Below are positions 19,156 through 30,668 of a DNA stretch of 64,000 bases, one piece after another. Below the pieces are notes generated by a model. It worked only from the letters and a program-made list of their open reading frames with translations, was not told the DNA's origin and did not search any database. Numbering within the stretch: position 1 is the stretch's first letter; each line of letters starts with the position of its first letter. A program made the position numbers and the translations under genes. Source of the DNA: an uncultured Gemmatimonadota bacterium (GTDB lineage: Bacteria; Gemmatimonadota; Gemmatimonadetes; Palauibacterales; KS3-K002); NCBI GenBank assembly GCA_964345885.1, contig CAYFSW010000033.1, positions 45,584 through 109,583 on the forward strand, written 5' to 3'.

Positions 19156-19923
19156 TTAGCCGCAGAGTACGCTTCCGCCGTTGACGTTCAGAACCTCGCC
19201 GGTCACGTGCCGCGCCAGCTTCGAGCAAAGGAAGAGGATGGGCCCGGCGACATCGTCGGCGCTACCGAGTCTTCCCAACGGGATGTCCGCGATGACTTTG
19301 TCGCGCTCGCCGGCCTCGAGCGCCGGCGCCGCCATCTCTGTGTCAATCCAACCCGGGGCGACTGCGTTCACTGTGACATCGCGAGAGGCAAGCTCTACCG
19401 CCAATGATTTGACGAACGAGATGACCGCTCCTTTTGTCGCCGCGTAGTGGCTGTGGCCCGCTTCGCCGCGTTGCCCGGCAGTTGAGCTGACGATCACGAT
19501 CCTGCCTCCATCCGCCATGCGGCGAGCCGCCTCGCCGACACAGTAGAAGACAGAATCGAGGTTGACCCTCATCATCTCTTCCCAATTATCGTCCGCCATC
19601 TCGGCGACGGGCACATACTCCGGCGGCCAAATCCCATGGTTGACCACGAATACGTCGAGCCAGCCGAACTCGCTGTCGACGCGTTCGAAGAGTGCCTTCA
19701 CGCCCTCCCGGCCTCCTAGATCTGCGGCGACCGCCCACCCGTGGCCGCCAGCTCGCTGGATCGCCCCCAGCGTCTCGCCCGCCTGCTCCTCCCGCGTACG
19801 GTAGGCGATACCGACATCGGCGCCGGCCCGGGCTAACAACACCGCCGTCGCCCTGCCGATGCCACGCGAGCCCCCCGTGACGACCGCTCGCTTGCCTTTC
19901 AGCTCGATGATTCGCTCGGCCAT
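19156..19923 (-). CDS. SDR family oxidoreductase (FabG-like)
   Basis: VTGGSRGIG, VNHGIW, SSTAG, YAATKG, VNAVAPGWIDT, TGEVLNVNGG. Confidence 0.92.
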   Translation of the reverse strand: MAERIIELKGKRAVVTGGSRGIGRATAVLLARAGADVGIAYRTREEQAGETLGAIQRAGGHGWAVAADLGGREGVKALFERVDSEFGWLDVFVVNHGIWPPEYVPVAEMADDNWEEMMRVNLDSVFYCVGEAARRMADGGRIVIVSSTAGQRGEAGHSHYAATKGAVISFVKSLAVELASRDVTVNAVAPGWIDTEMAAPALEAGERDKVIADIPLGRLGSADDVAGPILFLCSKLARHVTGEVLNVNGGSVLCG

Positions 19924-19950
19924 TCCGATTCCGCCCCCCCTTGTGCGCCT

Positions 19951-20796
19951 CTAGACACGGCGCCCGCCTCTCAGTCTCCGACCCAACTGGGCGAAGAACC
20001 CGCCCGGCCTGTCTACCCGGCCGACGTGCAGCGTCGGCTCGTCCTGCAGCATACGCCGCGGGTTGATCGCCACCAGCAGCCTGGCCTGTTCCTCCAAGCC
20101 CCGGTCCACCAGATAATCCCACACCGCTCGCAGCGAAGGGCTGCGCTCGGGTCGGGCGTGATTGTCCGACGCTATCACGTCGACCCAGCCCTCGGCCAGG
20201 AAGCGGTGGGCCACCCGCCTGACGTTCTCACCGTACTCGCCGAGCAGGCTGCCGCTATTGAGCTGCACCAGGGTGCCGGCGGCCCGCCAATCGGCGACCA
20301 CGCCATAGCCGCGGTCGTAGCCCCAATAGCGTTCCGGGTGCACGATGATCGGCACGTACTTGCCGTCGGCGATCCGCGCCAACGCCTCTGTCGAACGCTC
20401 GGGGACGGTGAAGGCGCAAAACTCGACCAGCGCGTAGCGGCTGCCCGCTAAGCGCAGGCCCGGATCGCCGAGGTCGAGCTGCGGTGTATCGAGCTGGATC
20501 TCGTAGCCGCGGTACAGGGTGACCCCTGGTAAGCGGTCAACGACCGCCTGGGCGAGGCCCGGCCATGCCTCATCGGCGAGAGCCCGACGACTCCCGCTCA
20601 GGTTCGATGCGTTGAGGTGCGGCGTCGCGGCGACAGCCCGGACCCCGTCGTCGAAGAACGTCTGCAGTGTCTGTAGCGCGCTTTCTAAGTCGGGCGCGCC
20701 GTCGTCCACACCCGGGATCAGATGTGTGTGCAGGTCCGCCAGTTCCGGCGGCGCCGCACGAGACCTTCTCCGACCAAACCGCGGTGTGTCCGTCAG
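19951..20796 (-). CDS. CpsB/CapC-family (PHP) protein-tyrosine phosphatase
   Basis: DLHTHLIPGVDDG (upstream of the ORF-track start 20709), ATPH, LVEF, HPERY, SDNH. True start must lie upstream of 20736; CTG at 20742 or 20796 inferred. Confidence 0.88.
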   Translation of the reverse strand: MTDTPRFGRRRSRAAPPELADLHTHLIPGVDDGAPDLESALQTLQTFFDDGVRAVAATPHLNASNLSGSRRALADEAWPGLAQAVVDRLPGVTLYRGYEIQLDTPQLDLGDPGLRLAGSRYALVEFCAFTVPERSTEALARIADGKYVPIIVHPERYWGYDRGYGVVADWRAAGTLVQLNSGSLLGEYGENVRRVAHRFLAEGWVDVIASDNHARPERSPSLRAVWDYLVDRGLEEQARLLVAINPRRMLQDEPTLHVGRVDRPGGFFAQLGRRLRGGRRV

Positions 20797-21118
20797 CTCC
20801 TCCCCGCCCAGCGCTCGGCGACCCGGCCCAACTCACCGCTCGGACCCATTGTGCGACAGCGCTCGGCCAGCTCCTCCGGGTACGACAAAGCGGCAGCTTC
20901 GCAGGCCAGCGTCAGCAACCCATCAGCCACCAGCAGGTCGAGGGCTGCAACCCGGCGTTCCAGGCAACCCCGCACACTGTCGAGCAGGTCGCAGGCTGCG
21001 GCGAGCAACCCGTCGGGAAGATCGGCTGCCGGATCGATCCTCCCTACCGCTTCGCGGAGCCGCTCCTGAAGCGAGAGCGGCGACTCAGCGATCCTGTCCT
21101 GCAGCCAAGCAGCGTCCA

Positions 21119-21119
<1 letters not shown>
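20793..21119 (-). CDS. Hypothetical protein (108 aa), translationally coupled to alaS
   Basis: TGATG overlap with the alaS stop; helical sequence with DLLVADGLLTLACE. Confidence 0.7.
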
Positions 21120-23752
<2,633 letters not shown>

Positions 23753-23855
23753 CTACCCTAAACCCTGGTCGCCCCTAAGCTTCTGTGGCCCATATCTCCA
23801 GAATCAACTCAATATGACCGAACCACGTAGTGTTCTCAAGCTCGCCGGGCTAGCC

Positions 23856-23970
23856 GGGAGTCGGGGAATACCGCATTTTCTTGGGACTCGGGGAATCGTG
23901 GAATCTGGGAATACGGGATCCGCGATCGGCTAATCCGTGGATCCGTGGAGTCCGTGGAATCGGGGAAGTC
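23856..23970. repeat. Element D: 8/9-mer tandem repeat (GGGAATCG / ATCCGTGGA family)
   Basis: gggactcg gggaatcg tggaatct gggaatac gggatccg ... tccgtggagtccgtggaatcgggga (23942-23966). Confidence 0.8.
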
Positions 23971-24091
23971 TGAAGCGAGCGCGCGCAACCACGTGAGGCT
24001 TCCCTACCTCCCTTGTTCCAGGGGTCCCCGAATCGACATTCGGAGATTCCCAAAGGACTTCCGAATTGCCACCTGCCTGATGGAGCTCAGC

Positions 24092-26905
24092 ATGAATCGG
24101 CTACCGACAGCCTTCCTCATTCTCGTCGCCGCCACGCCCGTCGCCGCCCAGCAGCCGGCGGTCGACCTGAGTAGCCCCTTGCCCGTCGATTCGGCGGTCA
24201 CGCTGGGCACGCTGCCCAACGGCCTGCGCTACTACATCCGCGAGAACCCGGAGCCCCAGGAGCGGGCGGAGCTGCGTCTGGTGGTCAAGGCCGGATCGGT
24301 GCTGGAGGACGACGATCAGCAGGGCCTGGCGCATTTCGTCGAGCACATGGCGTTCAACGGGACCGAGCACTTCGAGAAGCAGGAGCTGGTCGACTACCTA
24401 GAGGGGATCGGCATGCGCTTCGGGCCCGAGCTGAACGCCTACACCAGCTTCGACGAGACCGTCTACAGGCTGACGGTGCCGACGGACAGCGCGGAGCTGG
24501 TCGCCACCGCCTTCCAGGTCCTCGAGGATTGGGCGCACGGCCTCCTCTTCGACCACGAGGAGATCGACAAGGAGCGCGGCATCATCGTCGAGGAGTGGCG
24601 GCTGGGTCGTGGTGCCGGCGCCAGGATCCGCGACCAGCAACTCCCCGTCCTCTTTCAGGGCTCGCGCTACGCCGAGCGCCTGCCGATCGGGGAGCCGGAA
24701 GTCATCCAGAGCTTCGAGTACGAGACGCTGAAGCGCTTCTATCGCGACTGGTATCGGCCCGACCTGATGGCGGTGATCGCCGTCGGCGACTTCGAAACGG
24801 CGACGATCGAGGAACTGGTCCACCGGCACTTCGCCGGAATACCCATGCCCGACATCGCGCCGCAGCGACCCATCTATCCCGTTCCCGATCATGAGGAGAC
24901 GCTGTCCGCCATCGCCACCGACCCCGAGGCCACGTTCAACTCGGTGGCCGTCTACTGGAAGCAGCCGCCTCGCGAAGTAGGCACACTCGGCGCCTACAGG
25001 CAATCGATTGTCGAGGCGCTCTACAACCGCATGCTCAGCTTCCGCCTCTTCGAGCTGACCCAGGAGGCCGATCCCCCGTTCATCGGCGCCGGCTCCAGCC
25101 AGGGCCGCTTCATCGGCCCCAAGGAGGTCTACATCCTCGCCGCCGGCGTACAGGAGAACGGTCACGAGCGCGCCCTTGAGGTCCTGCTCACGGAAGCCCA
25201 GCGCGTGGCGCGCCACGGCTTCGCCGACACCGAGCTCGAGCGAGAAAAGCGCGAGCTGCTGCGGCACCTGCAGCAGGCTTACGATGAGCGGGAGAAGACG
25301 GAATCTTCGCGTTACGCCTCGGAGTACGTCCGTGCCTTCCTATACAACGAGCCGATACCGGGCATCGCTTACGAGTACGAGACACACCAGCAGCTGCTCC
25401 CCGCTGTCGCGCTGGTGGAGGTGAACCGGCTGGCCCGCGAGTGGATCACCGAGAACAACCGGGTGATTCTGGTGGACGGCCCGGAAAAGGAGGGGGTCGC
25501 CGTCCCAACCGAGGACGAGCTACTGGCCGTCTTCGCCGCCGTCGAGTCGGCGGGGATCGAGGCGTACGTCGACGCCGCCACCGAGGCGCCGCTCGTGCCC
25601 ATCCTGCCTGAGCCCGCCGAGATCATCGAAATCGAGGAGATCGAGGAGCTCGGCGTCCAGCGCTGGACCCTGGCCAACGGGGTGCGGGTGCTGCTCAAGC
25701 CCACCGACTTCAAGGACGACGAGATCCTCTTCAACGGCTGGAGCCCCGGCGGCACCTCGCTGGCCTCCGATGAGAACTACGTCGCCGCGATGACCGCTTC
25801 AGCGGTCATGATGCTCGCGGGCATCGGCGAGTTCAGCCTCATCGACCTGCAGAAGAAACTGGCCGGGACCGCGGTACGGGTCTCGCCGTCCATCGGCTCG
25901 CTGTTCGAGACGATCGGCGGCAGCGCCTCGCCCAGTGACGTGGAGACGATGTTCCAGCTCACCTACCTGTACTTCACCGCACCGCGTCGCGACGGCGCCG
26001 CCTTTCAATCGCTCAAGTCGCGCATGCAGGCCTCCCTGGCGAATCGGGACGCCGACCCGGGGTCGGCGTTCAGCGACACCCTAAACGTCACGCTCACACA
26101 GCACCATTTCCGCGCACGGCCGCCGACCCTCGAGCTGTACGATGAGATGGATCTGGACGCCTCCTACGAGTTCTACCGGGACCGTTTCGTCGACGCGGGC
26201 GACTTCTTCTTCGTCTTCGTGGGCAACTTCGATCCCGACAGCTTGAAGCCGTTGATCCAGACCTACATCGGCGGCCTGCCGACCACCGGCCGTGAAGAGA
26301 CGTGGCGCGACGAAGGGATCCGCTACCCCAGCGGCGTCATCGAGAAGACCGTCTACAAGGGGATCGAGCCGAAGAGCCAGACGCGGATCGTCTTCACCGG
26401 ACCGTTCGAGTGGACGCGCGAGAACCGCTACGCGATCCGCGCGCTGGGTGACGTGCTCCGCATCCGGCTCCGCGAGGTCCTGCGCGAAGACATGGGCGGC
26501 ACCTACGGCGTGAGCGCTGGCGGTAGCGGCAGCCGCGAGCCGGTACCGGACTACCGGTTCAGCATCGCGTTCGGCACCGCGCCCGAACGGCTCGAGCGGA
26601 TGGTCGATGCCGTCTTCCTGCAAGTCGACAGCCTGCAGACGGTCGGGCCGTCGCAGGAAGACGTTGACAAAGTGAAGGAGATGCAACGCCGCGAGTACGA
26701 GACCGACCTGCGCGAGAACAGCTTTTGGCTCGGTCAGCTGATCGCCGCCGAACGCTACGCCGTCGACCCGCGCAACATTCTCAACTACGGGGAGATGATC
26801 GACGGGCTGACCGCGGAGATGGTGAGGGAGGCGGCGCTGCGCTACCTACGCACTGATAACTACGTGCAAGTGTCGCTGTTTCCGGAGGAAGACAGTGGTC
26901 AGTAG
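24092..26905 (+). CDS. Exported M16 (insulinase/PqqL-like) zinc peptidase
   Basis: Signal peptide MNRLPTAFLILVAATPVAAQQ, GTLPNGLRYYI, GLAHFVEHMAFNGT (HxxEH), NAYTSFDETVY, second half LANGVRVLLKPTDFK; SD GGAG before ATG 24092. Confidence 0.93.
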   Translation: MNRLPTAFLILVAATPVAAQQPAVDLSSPLPVDSAVTLGTLPNGLRYYIRENPEPQERAELRLVVKAGSVLEDDDQQGLAHFVEHMAFNGTEHFEKQELVDYLEGIGMRFGPELNAYTSFDETVYRLTVPTDSAELVATAFQVLEDWAHGLLFDHEEIDKERGIIVEEWRLGRGAGARIRDQQLPVLFQGSRYAERLPIGEPEVIQSFEYETLKRFYRDWYRPDLMAVIAVGDFETATIEELVHRHFAGIPMPDIAPQRPIYPVPDHEETLSAIATDPEATFNSVAVYWKQPPREVGTLGAYRQSIVEALYNRMLSFRLFELTQEADPPFIGAGSSQGRFIGPKEVYILAAGVQENGHERALEVLLTEAQRVARHGFADTELEREKRELLRHLQQAYDEREKTESSRYASEYVRAFLYNEPIPGIAYEYETHQQLLPAVALVEVNRLAREWITENNRVILVDGPEKEGVAVPTEDELLAVFAAVESAGIEAYVDAATEAPLVPILPEPAEIIEIEEIEELGVQRWTLANGVRVLLKPTDFKDDEILFNGWSPGGTSLASDENYVAAMTASAVMMLAGIGEFSLIDLQKKLAGTAVRVSPSIGSLFETIGGSASPSDVETMFQLTYLYFTAPRRDGAAFQSLKSRMQASLANRDADPGSAFSDTLNVTLTQHHFRARPPTLELYDEMDLDASYEFYRDRFVDAGDFFFVFVGNFDPDSLKPLIQTYIGGLPTTGREETWRDEGIRYPSGVIEKTVYKGIEPKSQTRIVFTGPFEWTRENRYAIRALGDVLRIRLREVLREDMGGTYGVSAGGSGSREPVPDYRFSIAFGTAPERLERMVDAVFLQVDSLQTVGPSQEDVDKVKEMQRREYETDLRENSFWLGQLIAAERYAVDPRNILNYGEMIDGLTAEMVREAALRYLRTDNYVQVSLFPEEDSGQ

Positions 26906-27020
26906 GCGGTGTGCGGTATGCGGTGGACGGTAGACGTGTCACAGACTGCGCGTAGGCTACGTAGTGTTTACTGTTGGTGCGACAGAGGTTAACCCACCAC
27001 CGACTACCGGTCACTGGTCT
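26893..27020. repeat. Element E: palindromic heptamer-unit repeat (CGGTAGG family)
   Basis: cagtggt cagtagg cggtgtg cggtatg cggtgga cggtaga (from 26893, overlapping the M16 stop); right arm ccaccaccg actaccg gtcactg (about 26994-27017). Confidence 0.8.
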
Positions 27021-27021
27021 C

Positions 27022-27798
27022 ATGAGAGGCATCAATGTTCCAAAGAACGTGAACATCAAGCCGCCGGCCCTGATCGCGCACCGCGGCTACGCGCTGCGTT
27101 ATCCGGAGAACACGCTGGAGAGTATCGAGGCGGCCATCGAGGCCGGTGCCGGCTACGTAGAGTTCGACGTTCAGCTCACCAAGGACGGCGTCCCGGTCCT
27201 GATGCACGACGCCGAGCTGTGGCGTACCGCCCGCCTCGATCGCAACGTGCTCGAGATGACGCTCGAGCAGCTGAGTGACGTTTGGGTCAATGAGACGGCC
27301 CGTTTCGGGCCGAAGTTCGGCGAAGTGAACGTCCCCACACTCGCTGAAGTCGTCGACCTACTGAAGAAGTACAAGCAGGTAACCGCCTTCGTCGAGATAA
27401 AGCGCGAGAGCCTCAATAGGTTCGGCATCGAGAATGTCGTCGAGGCGGTTCTAAAGCAGATAGAGCCGGTTGCAGGCCGTAGCGTAGTCATCTCCTTCGC
27501 GCTGGAAGCGATTCGCCAGGCCCGGGAACGAGACGCCGAGCGTGTCGGCTGGGTGCTCACGGAGTGGACTCTGATGGCGCGCGAGGCGGCCGAGCGGTTC
27601 CAGCCCAATTTCCTATTCTGCAATTACCGAATGATCCCCGACGAAGAGGCGCTCTGGCCGGGCCCCTGGGATTGGGCGCTCTATGAGGTGATCGATCCGG
27701 ACCTCGCGCTCGGCCTTAGCGCACGCGGCGTGCGGTTCGTCGAGACGATGGCCATCGGCGAGATGCTGACCGACTTGCGACTGGCTCCCGGACGCTGA
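27022..27798 (+). CDS. Glycerophosphodiester phosphodiesterase
   Basis: IAHRG, PENTLESI, VEFDVQLTKDGVPVLMHD, VEIK, VISF. Confidence 0.92.
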   Translation: MRGINVPKNVNIKPPALIAHRGYALRYPENTLESIEAAIEAGAGYVEFDVQLTKDGVPVLMHDAELWRTARLDRNVLEMTLEQLSDVWVNETARFGPKFGEVNVPTLAEVVDLLKKYKQVTAFVEIKRESLNRFGIENVVEAVLKQIEPVAGRSVVISFALEAIRQARERDAERVGWVLTEWTLMAREAAERFQPNFLFCNYRMIPDEEALWPGPWDWALYEVIDPDLALGLSARGVRFVETMAIGEMLTDLRLAPGR

Positions 27799-27802
27799 CG
27801 CG

Positions 27803-28987
27803 ATGGGAGATTCGTACGACGTGGTGGTGGTGGGTGGCGGGATCGCCGGCGTCGGCGTAGCGCAGGCGGTTGCTGCGGCCGGGCATTCGGCCCTCGTCCT
27901 CGAGAAGACGGCACTGGCAGCAGGGACGTCGAGCAAGTCGAGCAAGCTCATCCACGGCGGCCTGCGCTACCTCGAGAGCTACGAGTTCTCGCTCGTGCAC
28001 GAAAGCCTGGATGAGAGGGCGCTGCTCCTGCGTAACGCGCCCGATCTCGTCGAACTCAGGCCCTTCTACATCCCCGTCTACTCGAAGACGCGCCGGCGGC
28101 CCTGGCTGGTCCGGGCCGGCCTCTCGCTCTACGCGATACTCGGCCGGCTGCGGGCGCAGGTCCGCTTCAGGAAAGTACCGCGCTCCGATTGGGACGAGCT
28201 CGACGGTCTCAACACCGAAGACCTTGACGCCGTTTTCCGGTACTACGACGCCCAAACCGACGACGCGCTGCTGACACAGGCGGTGATGGCCTCGGCGGCG
28301 AGCCTTGGTGCCGAGCTGGCGATGCCCGCCGAGCTCGTCCGCGCCGAGCTCAGGTCCGACGGCTGCGTCGTCCACTACGCGCTCGACGGCAGTGAGAACG
28401 CCTGTGAGGCCCGCGTCCTAGTGAACGCCGCCGGCCCCTGGGTCAACCGTGTGGCGGAGCGCATCGACCCACAGCCACGTTGCCTCGATATCGAGCTCGT
28501 TCAGGGCAGCCACATTATCGTCAACGGGACCGTCGAGCGGGGACTCTACTACGTGGAGGTGCCACGCGACGGGCGCGCCGTCTTCACCATGCCTTGGAAG
28601 GGAAAGACGCTGGTGGGAACGACCGAGACGCGCTTCCGCGGCGACCCCGACAATGTCCAGCCTCTTCGCGCCGAGAAGAACTACCTGCTCCGCGTACTGC
28701 ACCGCCATTTCCCGCGCTACCAGGATCAGTGCACGGTAGCGGACGCCTTCGCCGGTCTCCGCGTGCTGCCGTCCGGCCCCGGCCATGCCTTTCATCGGAC
28801 GCGCGAGGTCATCCTGCTGAGCGATCGCGATAGCGACCGCGATCCGCCGCGCGTGCTGAGCATCTACGGAGGCAAGCTCACCGGTTACCGCGCGACGGCC
28901 GCGAAGGTGCTGCGCCGCATCGAAGCGGCGCTACCGAGGCGCAAGCCGGTGGCGGACACGCGGCGATTACGGCTATTGCCGCCCTAA
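27803..28987 (+). CDS. glpD: FAD-dependent glycerol-3-phosphate dehydrogenase/oxidase-like protein (short form)
   Basis: VVGGGIAG, GTSSKSSKLIHGGLRYLE, YYDAQTDDA, VNAAGPW, GSHIIV, LVGTTE, FAGLRVL, GGKLTGYR. Confidence 0.8.
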   Translation: MGDSYDVVVVGGGIAGVGVAQAVAAAGHSALVLEKTALAAGTSSKSSKLIHGGLRYLESYEFSLVHESLDERALLLRNAPDLVELRPFYIPVYSKTRRRPWLVRAGLSLYAILGRLRAQVRFRKVPRSDWDELDGLNTEDLDAVFRYYDAQTDDALLTQAVMASAASLGAELAMPAELVRAELRSDGCVVHYALDGSENACEARVLVNAAGPWVNRVAERIDPQPRCLDIELVQGSHIIVNGTVERGLYYVEVPRDGRAVFTMPWKGKTLVGTTETRFRGDPDNVQPLRAEKNYLLRVLHRHFPRYQDQCTVADAFAGLRVLPSGPGHAFHRTREVILLSDRDSDRDPPRVLSIYGGKLTGYRATAAKVLRRIEAALPRRKPVADTRRLRLLPP

Positions 28988-29622
28988 GCCGAATCGCGCC
29001 CGTAGACGACGACCTGCCAGCTGAAGGTGGTCCGGCGGAAGCGCAGGCGGAACCCGGCCCCGCGTACTAGCGAGTCGACCTCGCTGGTTGGATGGACGAA
29101 CACACGGAAGGGGTTGCGGCTGATCCGCAACGTCAAGTTGAGCAGGCCGATGCCGAGCTTCGTCCACCAGGTGTCGCGCGGGTAGACCGCGCCGTACAAC
29201 CTCCCCGCTTTAGCCACCGAGCGCCCGACCAACGCACGTACATCGGGGTAGCAGCAGATAACACGATCGAGCGTCACTATGTCGGCTGCCTCGATGTCCT
29301 CGGCGATCTCGACAAAGTCGCCCTCACGTATCGTCACCCGGTCGCCCAGCCCACGCCGAGCGATTTCCTCGCGCGCCGCCTCTATGTAGCCCTTCGCCGC
29401 CTCCACGTTCGTCGCCCGTTTAGCACCGGCGTTCAACAATTCGTAACCGATCACGCCCACACCGCCTCCGATATCGAGCAGAGTGGCGCCCTCGGCGGCC
29501 AGGGCCTCGATCAGCATCCTGGTGGTCTTACTGGGGCCCCTACGGCGATAGCGCTTTAGATCGCGGGCGACGTAACGGCGCGAGAAGACGCTCTGCGCTC
29601 CCTGGCAGTGACAGCAACTCAT
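28984..29622 (-). CDS. Class I SAM-dependent methyltransferase with N-terminal CCxC
   Basis: LLDIGGGVG, GDFVE, DIVTLDRVICCYPD; starts MSCCHC. Confidence 0.85.
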   Translation of the reverse strand: MSCCHCQGAQSVFSRRYVARDLKRYRRRGPSKTTRMLIEALAAEGATLLDIGGGVGVIGYELLNAGAKRATNVEAAKGYIEAAREEIARRGLGDRVTIREGDFVEIAEDIEAADIVTLDRVICCYPDVRALVGRSVAKAGRLYGAVYPRDTWWTKLGIGLLNLTLRISRNPFRVFVHPTSEVDSLVRGAGFRLRFRRTTFSWQVVVYGRDSA

Positions 29623-29640
29623 CTTCGAGGTGCGTGTGGA

Positions 29641-30123
29641 TCAGTCATCGGCCTCTGGCAACGCGAAGACCAGCAACGGCAGCGTGCGACCAGGCACCGC
29701 CCCGGACGGCACTTCGCCGATTCGCTCGGCGCCCAGCTTCAGGTAGAACCCTTCGGCGTACGGGTCGCTTTGGATCAAGAGCCGCGAGCAACCGCGCTCG
29801 CTCGCCCTGCCGACCGCGTCGTCCCAGAGGCGCCGACCCACACCGTTTCCCATCGCCGGCGGATCGACGAAGAAATGGTACAACTCCGTGTCCGAGTTCC
29901 AAGGTGCCAGGCTGTAGAACCCCACGACGCGACCCTCGAGTTCCGCGACGTAGACGTCGGCGCGCCTGATGAGCTTCGTCGTCACTCTCAGCGTGGCCCG
30001 GCACGCCTGCATGAACTCGCGGTCGTAGCCCCAATGCGCCTTCGATCGCATGGCGAGCTCGGTCAGCGGGTTTGCCTCGTCCAGCCGGGCACGCCGCACG
30101 ACACTCTCACGCCTCTGCATCAT
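29641..30123 (-). CDS. GNAT family N-acetyltransferase
   Basis: SKAHWGYD, FFVDPPAMGNGVGRRLW, SDPYAEGFYLKLGA. Confidence 0.9.
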   Translation of the reverse strand: MMQRRESVVRRARLDEANPLTELAMRSKAHWGYDREFMQACRATLRVTTKLIRRADVYVAELEGRVVGFYSLAPWNSDTELYHFFVDPPAMGNGVGRRLWDDAVGRASERGCSRLLIQSDPYAEGFYLKLGAERIGEVPSGAVPGRTLPLLVFALPEADD

Positions 30124-30643
30124 TCCTCGGGACCAGGGTGTCTACGACATCGTTGGCAATTCGCGTCTCGAAACCCCGCCGGATCAGGTGATCGCGCAGC
30201 CTCCGCCTGAGCACGCTCTCGTCCTGGGCCCGCGACTTCAGGGTGCGGCGCTTCTTCGCCACCACGCGCTCGGCCAGTTCCCGTTCGTCTGTCTCCTCCT
30301 CTCGCAGCACCTTTTGGATGACCGGCAAGGCGACCTCGCGCGTGATCCCCTTCTGGTAGAGTTCCTGGATCATGCGGCGCACACCCATGGGGCGGTGCGC
30401 TATGCGGTCGCGGACGTAGGCGCTGACGAACGCCTCGTCATCGACGAGGCGCACGGCGGCGAGCCGCGCTAGCGCCGCCTCGATGACATCAGAGCTGAAG
30501 CCGCGCTCGACCAGTTTGCGGCGGACCTCGCGGCCCGTCCGCTGACGGTAGGACAAAAAGTTGAGCGCCGCGTCTATGGCGCGGCGCGCGGCCTCCTCTG
30601 TGGCGTCCGAGGCCGTACTCTCGTCCCGGGCTTTCTCGTCCAC
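30107..30643 (-). CDS. recX: Regulatory protein RecX
   Basis: ALNFLSYRQRT..EV..KL, LVDDEAF, G.RR..QEL.QKGI, L.RRGF; directly after recA. Confidence 0.93.
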   Translation of the reverse strand: MDEKARDESTASDATEEAARRAIDAALNFLSYRQRTGREVRRKLVERGFSSDVIEAALARLAAVRLVDDEAFVSAYVRDRIAHRPMGVRRMIQELYQKGITREVALPVIQKVLREEETDERELAERVVAKKRRTLKSRAQDESVLRRRLRDHLIRRGFETRIANDVVDTLVPRNDAEA

Positions 30644-30668
30644 CTGGCTCGGTCGCTACGACCCCGCG

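Noticed and set aside
23945-24091. N-terminal extensions given by the ORF track for the M16 peptidase, recA (31722-31805), purD (49948-50043), ispE (10834-10866) and maf (39306-39479)
   Set aside because: The extensions run through repeat elements or intergenic DNA; downstream starts have SD sequences and match family N-termini.
28984-29622. bchM (Mg-protoporphyrin methyltransferase) as evidence of phototrophy
   Set aside because: The resemblance is only general class I methyltransferase similarity, and there are no bch/puf/crt genes nearby.
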